Positions 1 to 9,006 of a DNA stretch of 64,000 bases are shown here, piece by piece. The position numbers and the translations under genes are program-made. The notes under the pieces are model-generated. The model was not told the origin of the DNA. It did no database searches and was given only the letters and a program-made list of their open reading frames with translations. The first letter of the stretch is position 1. The number at the start of each line of letters is the position of its first letter. Source of the stretch: an uncultured bacterium (GTDB lineage: Bacteria > Patescibacteriota > Minisyncoccia > Phycocordibacterales > UBA9973); contig CALCZP010000004.1 of the NCBI GenBank assembly GCA_937903035.1, forward strand, positions 84,465-148,464. Reading direction: 5' to 3'.

Positions 1-707
1 TCGTCCATCACCTGACGCACATCAAAGCTCGACTTTGGCTGACCGATGATATTTCGGATGAGTGGGTTTGCCGTGAACTGACCGATCTTGTTTTGAATCG
101 CAGCACCTGCTTCTTGCATGTAGCGCTCACCGTACTTGGCAAACTCATCCACCCAGAATGCTTTTACACCTGGATCAGTCACGTTTGCAACCACCTTATC
201 ACGAAATGGCTTGTCCGCAAGCATACGGTTCACACCCAGCAGTGTTGCACCTGGGTACTCAAGGAGCGCAAGCAAGATGTTGTTGAGAATGTACTCCATA
301 CGAGCACTCCATGCATCCACCCAAATCTTCTTGAAGGTCGACATGAGACCGGATGCTACGAAATGGCGACGATCATGACCGACATCTTCGAGGACATTAA
401 ATGACATCGGATTGTCAGTATCAAACGGCGCGAAGTAAATCACATCCTTGATGCGATGATCAGGTACATAGTCGAGCATTTTCTCAGCAAATGAGCCGTG
501 CGGATCAAGCACTGCGAGACCTTCACCGTTTTGAATGTCCTGGATCGCCATGTTCTCAAGCATCGTCGATTTACCGACACCGGATTTACCGATCACATAC
601 ATGTGACGAGTACGATCGCGACTCTTGATGCCAAAGCGTGTGCGTTGATTGCGAAAATCCGTCTCAGCAAAATACGTGATCTTTTCTGGATCGTAGGGAG
701 CACTCAT
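1..707 (-). CDS. P-loop NTPase, HerA/TraD (DUF87-like) family, 3' part of gene lies outside window
   Basis: Minus-strand translation from ATG at 707-705 reads MSAPYDPEKITYFAETDF...RHMYVIGKSGVGKSTMLENMAIQDIQNGEGLAVLDPHG... The Walker A motif GKSGVGKST follows a conserved His, as in HerA/TraD/VirB4-like ATPases. The frame stays open to position 1. The ORF track misses it because the N-terminal Met is the only Met. Confidence 0.45.
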   Translation of the reverse strand, partial: MSAPYDPEKITYFAETDFRNQRTRFGIKSRDRTRHMYVIGKSGVGKSTMLENMAIQDIQNGEGLAVLDPHGSFAEKMLDYVPDHRIKDVIYFAPFDTDNPMSFNVLEDVGHDRRHFVASGLMSTFKKIWVDAWSARMEYILNNILLALLEYPGATLLGVNRMLADKPFRDKVVANVTDPGVKAFWVDEFAKYGERYMQEAGAAIQNKIGQFTANPLIRNIIGQPKSSFDVRQVMD

Positions 708-752
708 ATAGTGATAAGTATAACAGAAAGAACTTACGACTCCATCAAGACA

Positions 753-1271
753 CTACTTCTCCAAATACTTTTGCACCTTTTCTATCTTTGGATCAATGAC
801 AAGTTGGCAGTATGGTGCATCACGGTGATTTTCATAGTAGTTCTGATGATAGTCTTCTGCAGGATAAAATATCACCGCTTCAGCAACCTGTGTAACAACA
901 ACCTTACCTTCACCAAGATGTTCTTGCGCTCGCTGGACCGCGAGATGCGCTTCTATTCGCATTTCCTCGTCGGTATAAAAGATTACTGACCGGTACTGCG
1001 TACCTACATCATTTCCCTGCCTATTAAGTGTTGTCGGGTCATGCGTTGCAAAGAATGCATCAAGTATCATACCGAGAGGTATCACCGTTTCGTCATAGAG
1101 TACTTCAATAACTTCAGCGTGACCTGTGGTACCTGTACAGACAGCCTCGTAAGTTGGATTGGACACGGTGCCACCCATATAGCCAGGCACGACCTCAGCG
1201 ACTCCGCGCAGATTGCGAAAGACTGCCTCCGTACACCAAAAACATCCACCTCCAAGAAATATTTTCTTCAT
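753..1271 (-). CDS. msrA: peptide methionine sulfoxide reductase MsrA
   Basis: 172 aa with the GGGCFWC catalytic motif near the N-terminus and MsrA-like conservation throughout (GHAEVIEVLYD, YHQNYY). Confidence 0.9.
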   Translation of the reverse strand: MKKIFLGGGCFWCTEAVFRNLRGVAEVVPGYMGGTVSNPTYEAVCTGTTGHAEVIEVLYDETVIPLGMILDAFFATHDPTTLNRQGNDVGTQYRSVIFYTDEEMRIEAHLAVQRAQEHLGEGKVVVTQVAEAVIFYPAEDYHQNYYENHRDAPYCQLVIDPKIEKVQKYLEK

Positions 1272-1302
1272 ATATCAATTGTACTCCTCCACCCTAAAAT
1301 GC

Positions 1303-1329
1303 AAACATCCGCTCACTGAGCGGATGTTT
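1303..1329. terminator. inverted repeat AAACATCCGCTCA-ctg-AGCGGATGTTT between rplE stop and msrA start
   Basis: A 12-bp perfect stem read directly. It lies just downstream of the rplE stop on the transcribed (minus) strand. Confidence 0.4.
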
Positions 1330-1342
1330 GTTGTGTAAAAAA

Positions 1343-1879
1343 TTATTTCTTGAACGGGATGCCGAGATGTTCAAAGAATGCAGTTGCTTCTGCCTTGGTC
1401 TTTGCAGTCGTCACGATAGTGATTGCAAGACCAAAGACATCACGGAGATCTTCGTCAGATGTTTCTGGGAAGATCGTGTGCTCCTTGATACCAATCGTCA
1501 TGTTACCAATAGCATCCACCGCCTTTTTGTCAATACCACGGAAGTCCTTGGTACGAGGAAGTGCAACATGAATGAGCTTGTCGATGAAATGCTGCATGCG
1601 AGCACCACGGAGGGTCACTGCAACACCTACTGGATCTCCTTCACGGATTTTGAAGCTTGCAACTGACTGCTTTGCGGCACGAACAGTCGGACGCTGACCA
1701 GTGATACGAGCGAGACGATCAGCCACCATGTTGCTGGTCTCACGATCTTTCTTCATGCGAGTACCAGTACCAGACGCGATCACGATCTTCTGGAGACGAG
1801 GTGCAGCGAGCTTGCTCTTGTAGACAAATCCCTTGAGTGCAGCTACGGTTTCTTCTTGTTTTTTCTTCGTGAGTTCCAT
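1343..1879 (-). CDS. rplE: 50S ribosomal protein L5
   Basis: 178 aa with typical L5 conservation (RLQKIVIASGTG, VALPRTKDFRG). Confidence 0.95.
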   Translation of the reverse strand: MELTKKKQEETVAALKGFVYKSKLAAPRLQKIVIASGTGTRMKKDRETSNMVADRLARITGQRPTVRAAKQSVASFKIREGDPVGVAVTLRGARMQHFIDKLIHVALPRTKDFRGIDKKAVDAIGNMTIGIKEHTIFPETSDEDLRDVFGLAITIVTTAKTKAEATAFFEHLGIPFKK

Positions 1880-1880
1880 A

Positions 1881-2126
1881 TTATTTTACTCCTTTCTTAG
1901 TTTTCTTTTCATCAGCAAGCTTCACATTTGATGCATGAATTGATGCCTCGACTTCGACGATTGAGCCTTTTTCGCTCTTGTTGCGAGCTTTGACATGGTG
2001 CTTGACCTTGCCTACACCGCCGATGATCACACGCTCTTTTTCACGAAGCACTTTTACAAGCGCACCCTTCTCACCTTTGTGTTTACCAGCGATCACTATT
2101 ACGTTGTCTCCTTTTTTGAGTTTCAT
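1881..2126 (-). CDS. rplX: 50S ribosomal protein L24
   Basis: 81 aa, MKLKKGDNVIVIAGKHKGEKG, KOW-domain L24. Confidence 0.9.
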   Translation of the reverse strand: MKLKKGDNVIVIAGKHKGEKGALVKVLREKERVIIGGVGKVKHHVKARNKSEKGSIVEVEASIHASNVKLADEKKTKKGVK

Positions 2127-2134
2127 ATATGTAT

Positions 2135-2506
2135 TTAAATTACTTCAGGGGCAAGTGAGGTGATCTTCTGATAGCCAAGCTCACCGATTTCACGAGGGAT
2201 TGGACCGAATATACGACCAGCCTTTGGCTCTTTCTTACCTTTTTCAAGGATTACGACTGCATTGTCATCAAAGCGAATGTATGAACCATCCTTGCGGCGA
2301 AATGCCTTGGTCTGGCGTACTACTACTGCATAGCAAACATCTTTTTTCTTGATAGCCTTACGAGGTTCTGCAACCTGCACTGAGAGCACTACAGTGTCAC
2401 CGATAGCTGCATAGCGCTTGCGTGAACCGCCGAGCACTTTGAAGACTTTACCGATTTTACCGCCGGCATTGTCTGTGATTTTAACGATTGATCCTGGTTG
2501 CAACAT
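2135..2506 (-). CDS. rplN: 50S ribosomal protein L14
   Basis: 123 aa, MLQPGSIVKITDNAGGK..., the universal L14 start. Confidence 0.95.
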   Translation of the reverse strand: MLQPGSIVKITDNAGGKIGKVFKVLGGSRKRYAAIGDTVVLSVQVAEPRKAIKKKDVCYAVVVRQTKAFRRKDGSYIRFDDNAVVILEKGKKEPKAGRIFGPIPREIGELGYQKITSLAPEVI

Positions 2507-2510
2507 AGTA

Positions 2511-2753
2511 TTATTTTACGATGGTAAAGCGCTTGTCTTTTGACAATGGACGCACTTCCTTAATAGACACACTAGCGCCGACGACCGCAGCATTGTCCTC
2601 ATCATGAGCCTTGAACTTCTTGGTGATTTTCAAGAACTTCTTGTATTTTGGGTGCTTCACGAATCGGGTAACCGAAACAACCGCAGTCTTTTCCATTTTG
2701 TTGGAAGTGACGACGCCTTTGAGTATTTTGCTGTTGGTTGTTTCGGTTGTCAT
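2511..2753 (-). CDS. rpsQ: 30S ribosomal protein S17
   Basis: GVVTSNKMEKTAVVSV..RFVKHPKYKK, the S17 OB fold. The start is placed at the internal Met (MTTETT) to avoid a long overlap with rpmC. Confidence 0.85.
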   Translation of the reverse strand: MTTETTNSKILKGVVTSNKMEKTAVVSVTRFVKHPKYKKFLKITKKFKAHDEDNAAVVGASVSIKEVRPLSKDKRFTIVK

Positions 2754-2784
2754 AATAGTTGTAGGTTTCTTATAGTACTTATTT

Positions 2785-2976
2785 TTACGCATTTGTCGAG
2801 CGGGCTGCGTTTTGCGCAGTGAGTGCACGAGCGATGTTCTTGCGAGTCTCGCTGTATGCCTTGCCGATCTTGCCTGATACGCCTTTGACGGTCATCGCGT
2901 GAAGTGATGCACGAAGAGTTGCGATCTCGGTCGCGAGCTCAGCAGGAGTTTTGGTTGTGTAGGTAGTCTTTTTCAT
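2785..2976 (-). CDS. rpmC: 50S ribosomal protein L29
   Basis: ELATEIATLRASLHAMTVKGVSGKI, a typical L29 helix. The start is taken at MKKTTY. Confidence 0.8.
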   Translation of the reverse strand: MKKTTYTTKTPAELATEIATLRASLHAMTVKGVSGKIGKAYSETRKNIARALTAQNAARSTNA

Positions 2977-2980
2977 AGGA

Positions 2981-3397
2981 TTATACTCGTTCAACAAAGC
3001 GGGTCTTTACTGGGAGCTTGGTACCAGCCTTGCGAAGTGCTTCGCGCGCAACAGCAGCATCAACACCATCTACTTCAAAGAGAATGCGGCCTGGCAATAC
3101 TTCGATCGTGTAGCCCTGGAGCTCACCCTTACCCTTACCCATCGGCTGCTCTGCAGCTTTCTCGGTAAATGGACGATCAGGAAACACACGGATCCACATG
3201 CGGCCAACCTTGGTGAGGTGACGTGATGCTGCTTTACGAGCTGCTTCGAGCTGATTTGAAGTGAGACGACCAAGGCTTTCAACCTTGAGACCGTATGAGC
3301 CGAATGATACTTGGGTACCACGAGTCTCAACACGGTCACTCATGTCGGTACGCTTCTTCTGCCACTTTCTGAATTTTACTTTCTTTGGGAATAACAT
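2981..3397 (-). CDS. rplP: 50S ribosomal protein L16
   Basis: MLFPKKVKFRKWQK...; the start is placed at this internal Met. The longer ORF would overlap rpsC. Confidence 0.9.
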   Translation of the reverse strand: MLFPKKVKFRKWQKKRTDMSDRVETRGTQVSFGSYGLKVESLGRLTSNQLEAARKAASRHLTKVGRMWIRVFPDRPFTEKAAEQPMGKGKGELQGYTIEVLPGRILFEVDGVDAAVAREALRKAGTKLPVKTRFVERV

Positions 3398-3401
3398 AAG
3401 C

Positions 3402-4070
3402 CTATTTCTTTGCGTCCTTATTAAAGACCTGACCCTTGTAGATCCATACCTTGATACCGATATCACCGTATGGCATGTGTGCACGCTCACGAGCATAGTC
3501 GATGTCAGCACGGATAGTCTGAAGCGGGATTGAACCACGCTTGATCACTTCTGAACGAGAGATTTCAGCACCACCGAGACGGCCACCAACATAGAATTTT
3601 GCACCTTGGATACCACGAACAGTCATAACCTTTTCGACGAGCTGCTTCATGATACGACGGTATGGCATACGCTTTTCGAGACCTTCAGCAATCATGAACG
3701 CAACAATCTTTGCGTCAGCTTCTGGATTTGCAACTTCAACGATTTCGAGCTTGATATCATCGTTTACCGCAAGCTTTGCACGCTTGAGCTGCTTCATGAG
3801 ATCAGTCTTGAGCTTCGTGATACCTTCACCACTGCGACCAATGATCATACCTGGACGTGAGGTACGGATGATGATGCGAACAGCCTTCTGGCTGCGCTCG
3901 ATCTCAACACTTGATACATAGTATCCACGGAGACGCTTTTCGAGGTATTCACGTACGGTTACATCAACCTTGAGGTTGTCGACAAATGCATTGTCAGTAG
4001 CAAACCAGCGTGATTTCCAATCACGGAGGGTTACGAGGCGATGTGCGTATGGATGGACTACTTTAGACAT
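3402..4070 (-). CDS. rpsC: 30S ribosomal protein S3
   Basis: 222 aa with a KH domain and the S3 C-terminal domain (GIKVWIYKGQVF). Confidence 0.95.
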   Translation of the reverse strand: MSKVVHPYAHRLVTLRDWKSRWFATDNAFVDNLKVDVTVREYLEKRLRGYYVSSVEIERSQKAVRIIIRTSRPGMIIGRSGEGITKLKTDLMKQLKRAKLAVNDDIKLEIVEVANPEADAKIVAFMIAEGLEKRMPYRRIMKQLVEKVMTVRGIQGAKFYVGGRLGGAEISRSEVIKRGSIPLQTIRADIDYARERAHMPYGDIGIKVWIYKGQVFNKDAKK

Positions 4071-4073
4071 ACA

Positions 4074-4442
4074 TTATTTTGATACTTTTTTACTAACTGG
4101 CTTCTTTGCGGCCTTTGGTGCTGCTTCAGCAAGGGTGACCGTCACATGACTCGTACGCTTGTTGATTGGAGCTCCACGACCCATAGCACGAGGCATCATA
4201 CGCTTGAGCACGATTCCCTTGTTTACTTCGACATTCTTGACCACAAGCTTTGACGCATCAGCACCGAGCACAACAGCGTTTGCAGCTGCACTCTGAATGA
4301 GTTTTTGCATTGGCTCCGCACCACGCTTTGCCATGAATGAAAGCGCTGTATCAGCAGCCTGGAGTGACTTGCCCTTTACTGCACCTGCGATGAGGCGAAC
4401 TTTACGAGGACTCTGACGATAGTTGGTAAGTGATGCTTTCAT
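4074..4442 (-). CDS. rplV: 50S ribosomal protein L22
   Basis: 122 aa, MKASLTNYRQSPRKVRLIAGAVKGKS, L22. Confidence 0.9.
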   Translation of the reverse strand: MKASLTNYRQSPRKVRLIAGAVKGKSLQAADTALSFMAKRGAEPMQKLIQSAAANAVVLGADASKLVVKNVEVNKGIVLKRMMPRAMGRGAPINKRTSHVTVTLAEAAPKAAKKPVSKKVSK

Positions 4443-4460
4443 AAAATGAGGCTTAAGATA

Positions 4461-4805
4461 TTATTTCTTTTTGGTGTCACTAGTAGACTTTGCTGCTTTT
4501 GCTGCAGAAATTTCGGCTTCTTTTTTCTTCTGGTCGATGTCCTTTTGCATCTTACCACCATGGCGAGTGAATTTACGAGTTGGAGAGAATTCACCCAATC
4601 GATGACCTACCATGTCCTCGGTAACGAGCACTTCGATGTGCTGCTTGCCGTTGTGCACTCCAAAGGTAAATCCAACCATTTCTGGTGCGATTTGGCTGTC
4701 ACGTGACCATGTCTTGATAACCCCTGCTGAGAGAGGCTGTTTTCCTTCAATTTTCTTGAGGAGTTTTGGGTCAACGTATGGACCTTTAGAGAGTGATCGA
4801 GTCAT
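4461..4805 (-). CDS. rpsS: 30S ribosomal protein S19 with a Lys-rich C-terminal extension
   Basis: [20 protein letters not shown]...[18 protein letters not shown]19. Confidence 0.9.
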   Translation of the reverse strand: MTRSLSKGPYVDPKLLKKIEGKQPLSAGVIKTWSRDSQIAPEMVGFTFGVHNGKQHIEVLVTEDMVGHRLGEFSPTRKFTRHGGKMQKDIDQKKKEAEISAAKAAKSTSDTKKK

Positions 4806-4885
4806 AACTAGAATAAAAAATGCCCGTTTTGAGCTCCGAGTATCTTAGCAAATTACAGCGCAATGTCAAATAAGATAATGACGAT

Positions 4886-4988
4886 TCGGAAATAGGGAGT
4901 AAAAAATGACTTACACAGGCCGACTGGGCCGAGTACAGCAATTTGCCAGCAGGCAAATATGCGTTCATTTTTTACTCCCTATTTCCGA
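4886..4988. repeat. perfect 24-bp inverted repeat (TCGGAAATAGGGAGTAAAAAATGA / TCATTTTTTACTCCCTATTTCCGA) enclosing a 55-nt spacer that contains two smaller hairpins
   Basis: Read directly: arms at 4886-4909 and 4965-4988. The spacer holds CGGCC-gactg-GGCCG and ATTTGCC-agca-GGCAAAT hairpins. Confidence 0.8.
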
Positions 4989-4997
4989 AAGGAATGA

Positions 4998-5396
4998 TTA
5001 TTTGCCAAGTAAAATAAGGATTTTTGGGAGAAAAATGACCAATCCCACTGCAACAGCTCCGATCACCGTCAGTAGTACCGCTCCAGCGGCCACATCCTTG
5101 GTGTCACGGGCATAAGGATGGAAGTCTGGACTCGTGAGGTCAATATCAATCTCAATCGCCGTATTGAAGCCCTCAGCGACGAGTACACTGGTAATAGCAA
5201 GAATGAGCAATCCCCACTCGGCCTCATTGATATTGAGGTAAAAGCCAAGCCCGATTGCAACGACTGTCGCAAGTCCATGCACCCATGCATTGTGCTGCGT
5301 TTTAAATATGACACTAATCCCCCGTATCGCATGTTTGAAACTTTGTGCTCGAGCAATGATTGAAAAGCGCTTTTTTTCTGAGAGTTTTGGTTGCAT
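4998..5396 (-). CDS. dgkA: diacylglycerol kinase (DgkA family) membrane protein
   Basis: 132 aa with three TM helices and the DgkA-like segment NAWVHGLATVVAIGLG...EGFNTAIE. Confidence 0.8.
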   Translation of the reverse strand: MQPKLSEKKRFSIIARAQSFKHAIRGISVIFKTQHNAWVHGLATVVAIGLGFYLNINEAEWGLLILAITSVLVAEGFNTAIEIDIDLTSPDFHPYARDTKDVAAGAVLLTVIGAVAVGLVIFLPKILILLGK

Positions 5397-5427
5397 AGAG
5401 AAAGTATAGCAAACAAAAATCCCGCCT

Positions 5428-5928
5428 TTATAAAAGACGGGGGCATGTTACTAACTGTTTGTACACTCTATCTTTCGTTCCATATGGCAGGTGCCATACA
5501 AAAGAAAATTGGAGTTGTCGTTTCATTTTGCGATGGTCAAGCATATAGAGCTCAACACTCCATTGTTTTTTCATATGATGATACCAACCATATCCATAGG
5601 TCATATAATTCTCATGAGTTGTACCGATTGCTTTGTAATATAAACCAACAGCAGGACCAGTGAACAATTCAGTATTATCGTTATCAGACCACCCTATCAG
5701 ATACTGAAAACCTGAATATGATGGAAAACCCCCATCAATACCAAACCGTTGATCAATAGAAGCCAAGTGGGTGAGATATTCACCCCACCGATACCCAATG
5801 CTTCCTGTTACGACACCACGAGCAGAGTCTTGTCTAAGATTTATTCCTCCACTTACTCGAATGACTATTTGCGAATGGGTACTAGTAGTACATACAAAAA
5901 AAGATATAAAGAACAATGACTTTTTCAT
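5428..5928 (-). CDS. hypothetical secreted beta-rich protein (signal peptide MKKSLFFISFFVCTTSTHS)
   Basis: N-terminal signal-like segment. The rest is Gly/Tyr/Trp-rich with alternating aromatics (YGYGWYHH). No family recognised. Start taken at the internal ATG. Confidence 0.45.
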   Translation of the reverse strand: MKKSLFFISFFVCTTSTHSQIVIRVSGGINLRQDSARGVVTGSIGYRWGEYLTHLASIDQRFGIDGGFPSYSGFQYLIGWSDNDNTELFTGPAVGLYYKAIGTTHENYMTYGYGWYHHMKKQWSVELYMLDHRKMKRQLQFSFVWHLPYGTKDRVYKQLVTCPRLL

Positions 5929-6047
5929 AGATTGTTTTTCTTTTACATTACATTTATTTTTTGTTTTGTCAATAGTATATACCTCCCTCTCATACAAACA
6001 AAAACCGCTCATCTGAGCGATTTTTGTAGAGTAAAAAAGTGAGGAGA

Positions 6048-6887
6048 TTATCTCTTGCCGGTCTTGCGTCGGGTGACAACAAGGTGGTTTGAGTATTTCT
6101 TTGGCGTACGAGTGCGCACACCGTATGCCTGCTTACCGTGACGGGTCTTTGGACCACGTCGGAGACCAATACCCTGCACACCTTCACCACCACCGTGTGG
6201 GTGGTCCACAGGGTTCATCGCAGTACCTCGGACGGTAGGACGAATACCTTTCCAACGTGAGCGACCAGCCTTACCGTATTTCACGAGCTTGTTCTCTTCG
6301 TTTGACACTTCACCGATCGAAGCCCATGCAGTATCGATCACCTTGCGGATCTCGGTTGAAGGAAGCTTGATCTGTGCATAACCATCGTTTTGCGCGATGA
6401 CCTGTGCAAAGCTTCCAGCTGAACGAACAATCTTTGCACCACTACCGAGCTTGAGCTCGATGTTGTAGATGTACGTACCTGCAGGAATGTTCTTGAGCGG
6501 GAGACGGTTACCAGTTTCGATCGGTGCGTTCTCAGACACGATGAATGAGTGGCCAACCTTCACTGACTTTGGCACGAGCACATAGCGCTTTTCACCATCA
6601 GCATAGACTGCAACACCCACGAAGCCTGAACGGTTTGGATCGTATTCGATCGTTGAAATAGTCGCTTTGATGTCTTTCTTGTCATAGAAAAAGTCCACAT
6701 CACGGTAGAGACGCTTGTTACCACCACCTTTGTGCGCAGTTGTAATGCGACCCATGTTGTTGCGGCCGACTGAACGCTTCTGACCCTTAGTGAGAGATTT
6801 GGTAGGCTTGTCACCAGAAAGGAGCTTGCGATAGTCAATCGTAATCGTGTTTCGGTTTGATTTGGTTGTCGGTTTGTAGGTCTTCAT
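6048..6887 (-). CDS. rplB: 50S ribosomal protein L2
   Basis: 279 aa with the HPHGGGEG motif. Confidence 0.95.
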   Translation of the reverse strand: MKTYKPTTKSNRNTITIDYRKLLSGDKPTKSLTKGQKRSVGRNNMGRITTAHKGGGNKRLYRDVDFFYDKKDIKATISTIEYDPNRSGFVGVAVYADGEKRYVLVPKSVKVGHSFIVSENAPIETGNRLPLKNIPAGTYIYNIELKLGSGAKIVRSAGSFAQVIAQNDGYAQIKLPSTEIRKVIDTAWASIGEVSNEENKLVKYGKAGRSRWKGIRPTVRGTAMNPVDHPHGGGEGVQGIGLRRGPKTRHGKQAYGVRTRTPKKYSNHLVVTRRKTGKR

Positions 6888-6891
6888 AGAT

Positions 6892-7203
6892 TTACATTAC
6901 TTGGATAGTAGTACCCTTTGGAAGGTATACGTACGCCTTCTTGGTCTTCTTGCCGAAGCCCAAACGTCCTCGACGAAAGAGTGCAGGAGCGATAACGTTG
7001 ACGGTGTTTACCTTGAGTGGACGTACCTTGTAGGTGAGTTCAAATGCCTTTGCGATCTCGTTCTTGGTAGCACCTGGCGTGACATCAAAGAGATACACAT
7101 TGTGCACACTTGCGTCAGCAGCCTTTTCGGTGATGCGAGGATTGCGAAGAACGGTGAGGTCAGCTTGTTTTGCAGTATTAGTTTTTGAAGTGTTGGTAGC
7201 CAT
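6892..7203 (-). CDS. rplW: 50S ribosomal protein L23
   Basis: 103 aa, LRNPRITEKA..., L23-like, in the conserved position between rplD and rplB. Confidence 0.85.
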   Translation of the reverse strand: MATNTSKTNTAKQADLTVLRNPRITEKAADASVHNVYLFDVTPGATKNEIAKAFELTYKVRPLKVNTVNVIAPALFRRGRLGFGKKTKKAYVYLPKGTTIQVM

Positions 7204-7208
7204 ATGAT

Positions 7209-7934
7209 TTATTTCATTTTCTGCTCAAGTGACGCAATGATTGCCTCAGGACTTACAATCACGAGATGTTTGAATGTTGCTGCTGAGAGCGTGTTCAACC
7301 CATCAAGCATTGATACCGTCACACCTGGAATATTGTTAAAGCTCTTTGCGGTAGCATCGTCAGTCTCAGGAACGATCACGAGTGTACCAGTAGCTTTCTT
7401 GGTAGTCATCTTTGCGAAGCCATCGATCTTTGCAAGGTTTGCAACAACTGCTGCAGCACCCTTGGTCTTGATTTCAGGAAGTGCAAGTGAGTCAACAAAG
7501 AGCATTTCACCGTCAGCAAATTTCTTTGAGAGAACAGTAAAGAGTGCCTTTGCGCGCTGCTTCTTGTTGATCTTCTTTGAGTAGTCCTTATCAGAACGTG
7601 GTCCAAAGGTAACACCTCCACCAACCCAGATTGGGCTACGAGATGAACCGTGACGAGCGCGACCAGTTCCCTTTTGCTTCCATGGCTTTTTACCACCACC
7701 AGAAACTTCAGATCGGTCCTTAGTGTGCGCAGTACCTGCACGCTTGTTGGCCATCATTGAGACAGCAACCTGGTGCACGAGGTCAGCATTCCATGCGAGA
7801 CCAAAGATCTTTTCTGGAAGGGTGATCGTAGACGCCTTGGTTCCCTTTTGTGAGTACACGATTGCATCAAGTGATACAGCCGCTGCAACTGCTTTCTTTG
7901 AAACCTTTTTTGTTGTAGGAGTTTTTGTAGTCAT
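7209..7934 (-). CDS. rplD: 50S ribosomal protein L4
   Basis: GGGKKPWKQKGTGRARHGS motif. Start placed at MTTKTP to avoid overlapping rplC. Confidence 0.9.
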   Translation of the reverse strand: MTTKTPTTKKVSKKAVAAAVSLDAIVYSQKGTKASTITLPEKIFGLAWNADLVHQVAVSMMANKRAGTAHTKDRSEVSGGGKKPWKQKGTGRARHGSSRSPIWVGGGVTFGPRSDKDYSKKINKKQRAKALFTVLSKKFADGEMLFVDSLALPEIKTKGAAAVVANLAKIDGFAKMTTKKATGTLVIVPETDDATAKSFNNIPGVTVSMLDGLNTLSAATFKHLVIVSPEAIIASLEQKMK

Positions 7935-7944
7935 AAAAATATTC

Positions 7945-8559
7945 TTAGCCAACGATGCTAATAAGGGTGCCGCGTCGACCTGGAACTGCGCCACTAATAT
8001 AGATCTTGTTCTCCACTTCGTCTACTGCAACGACTTTGAGACCGCGAGTAGTGACTGTGTCACCACCAGTGCGTCCCGCCATGCGCATACCTTTGACCAC
8101 GCGGCCACCGGCACGTCCTGGACCACCACCGATTGAACCTGCTTCACGCTCAGAGTGTTTCTGACCGTGTGAACGAGGACCACCGTGGAAGCCATGACGT
8201 TTGACCACACCCTGGAAGCCTTTTGACTTTGAGGTACCTGACACAATGACTTCGTCGCCTGCAGCAAATGAGCCAACAGTCACCACTTCGCCAACAGCTG
8301 GTGTAGAGTCATCAGTGAGCTTGAACTCACGGATTTCCTGGTATGCTACGCCGCCTGCTGCGCCGAGTTCAGCCTTGGTCACGCGAGATTCCTTTTGTGT
8401 ACCGAAGCCAACCTGTACCGCCTTGTAGCCGTCAGTAGCCATAGTCTTGATCTGAGTAATCGTATTTGGTGTCGCCTCTACAATAGTAACAGGCGTCACG
8501 CGACCGCTCTCGTCAAAGAGTTGGGTCATATGCACTTTTCTTCCGAGGATAAATTTCAT
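7945..8559 (-). CDS. rplC: 50S ribosomal protein L3
   Basis: 204 aa, MTQLFDESGRVTPVTIVEA, FKGVVKRHGFHGGP. Confidence 0.95.
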   Translation of the reverse strand: MKFILGRKVHMTQLFDESGRVTPVTIVEATPNTITQIKTMATDGYKAVQVGFGTQKESRVTKAELGAAGGVAYQEIREFKLTDDSTPAVGEVVTVGSFAAGDEVIVSGTSKSKGFQGVVKRHGFHGGPRSHGQKHSEREAGSIGGGPGRAGGRVVKGMRMAGRTGGDTVTTRGLKVVAVDEVENKIYISGAVPGRRGTLISIVG

Positions 8560-8745
8560 AGATGTTCTTGCCCTGTCCGCCTACTGCTAAATGAGGCTGG
8601 AGTTAACGGGTATTGGACCATTTAAAGGATTATTTAAATGTCCCGAGATTATACACGGGTTTGGAAAATGTGCAAGTGAGGTCTCATTTACAAAGATATA
8701 ACAGAGAATATACTTACGGCATATTAAATAATTGTAGATAAATAT

Positions 8746-9000
8746 ATGGGTTTTGAGAATTTTCCAAGTAATAATAGTGAAAAGATCGCGCAGATAACTT
8801 CAGAAGAAGTTTCTAAATATCTTAATATGCCAGTGGATAATGCTGAGCTTCAAGCATGGATGCAAGAAAAAGGAATAGATTTTGACAAGGGTGTTATTGA
8901 AATCGAAGTAGATGGAGAAAAAGCAGAAATGCAAACAGACAAAGAAGATTTTGGTACATTCAAATTAAAAAATAATAACGAGATAATTTCATCATCTTAG
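8746..9000 (+). CDS. hypothetical small acidic protein, opposite strand, inserted between rpsJ and rplC
   Basis: 84-aa ORF with an ATG start. It ends 7 bp before a strong bidirectional hairpin. No family recognised. Confidence 0.35.
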   Translation: MGFENFPSNNSEKIAQITSEEVSKYLNMPVDNAELQAWMQEKGIDFDKGVIEIEVDGEKAEMQTDKEDFGTFKLKNNNEIISSS

Positions 9001-9006
9001 TAAATC

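Noticed and set aside
93-989. Plus-strand ORFs 93-404, 136-378 and 498-989 at the window start
   Set aside because: They overlap a minus-strand frame that gives a coherent Walker-A ATPase sequence and overlap msrA. They have no motifs and look like shadow ORFs.
4786-5115. ORFs 4906-5115 (+) and 4786-4968 (-), each preceded by GGGAG-N8-ATG
   Set aside because: Both start inside the arms of the perfect 24-bp inverted repeat, so the RBS-plus-start is a by-product of the palindrome. They overlap rpsS and dgkA in other frames.
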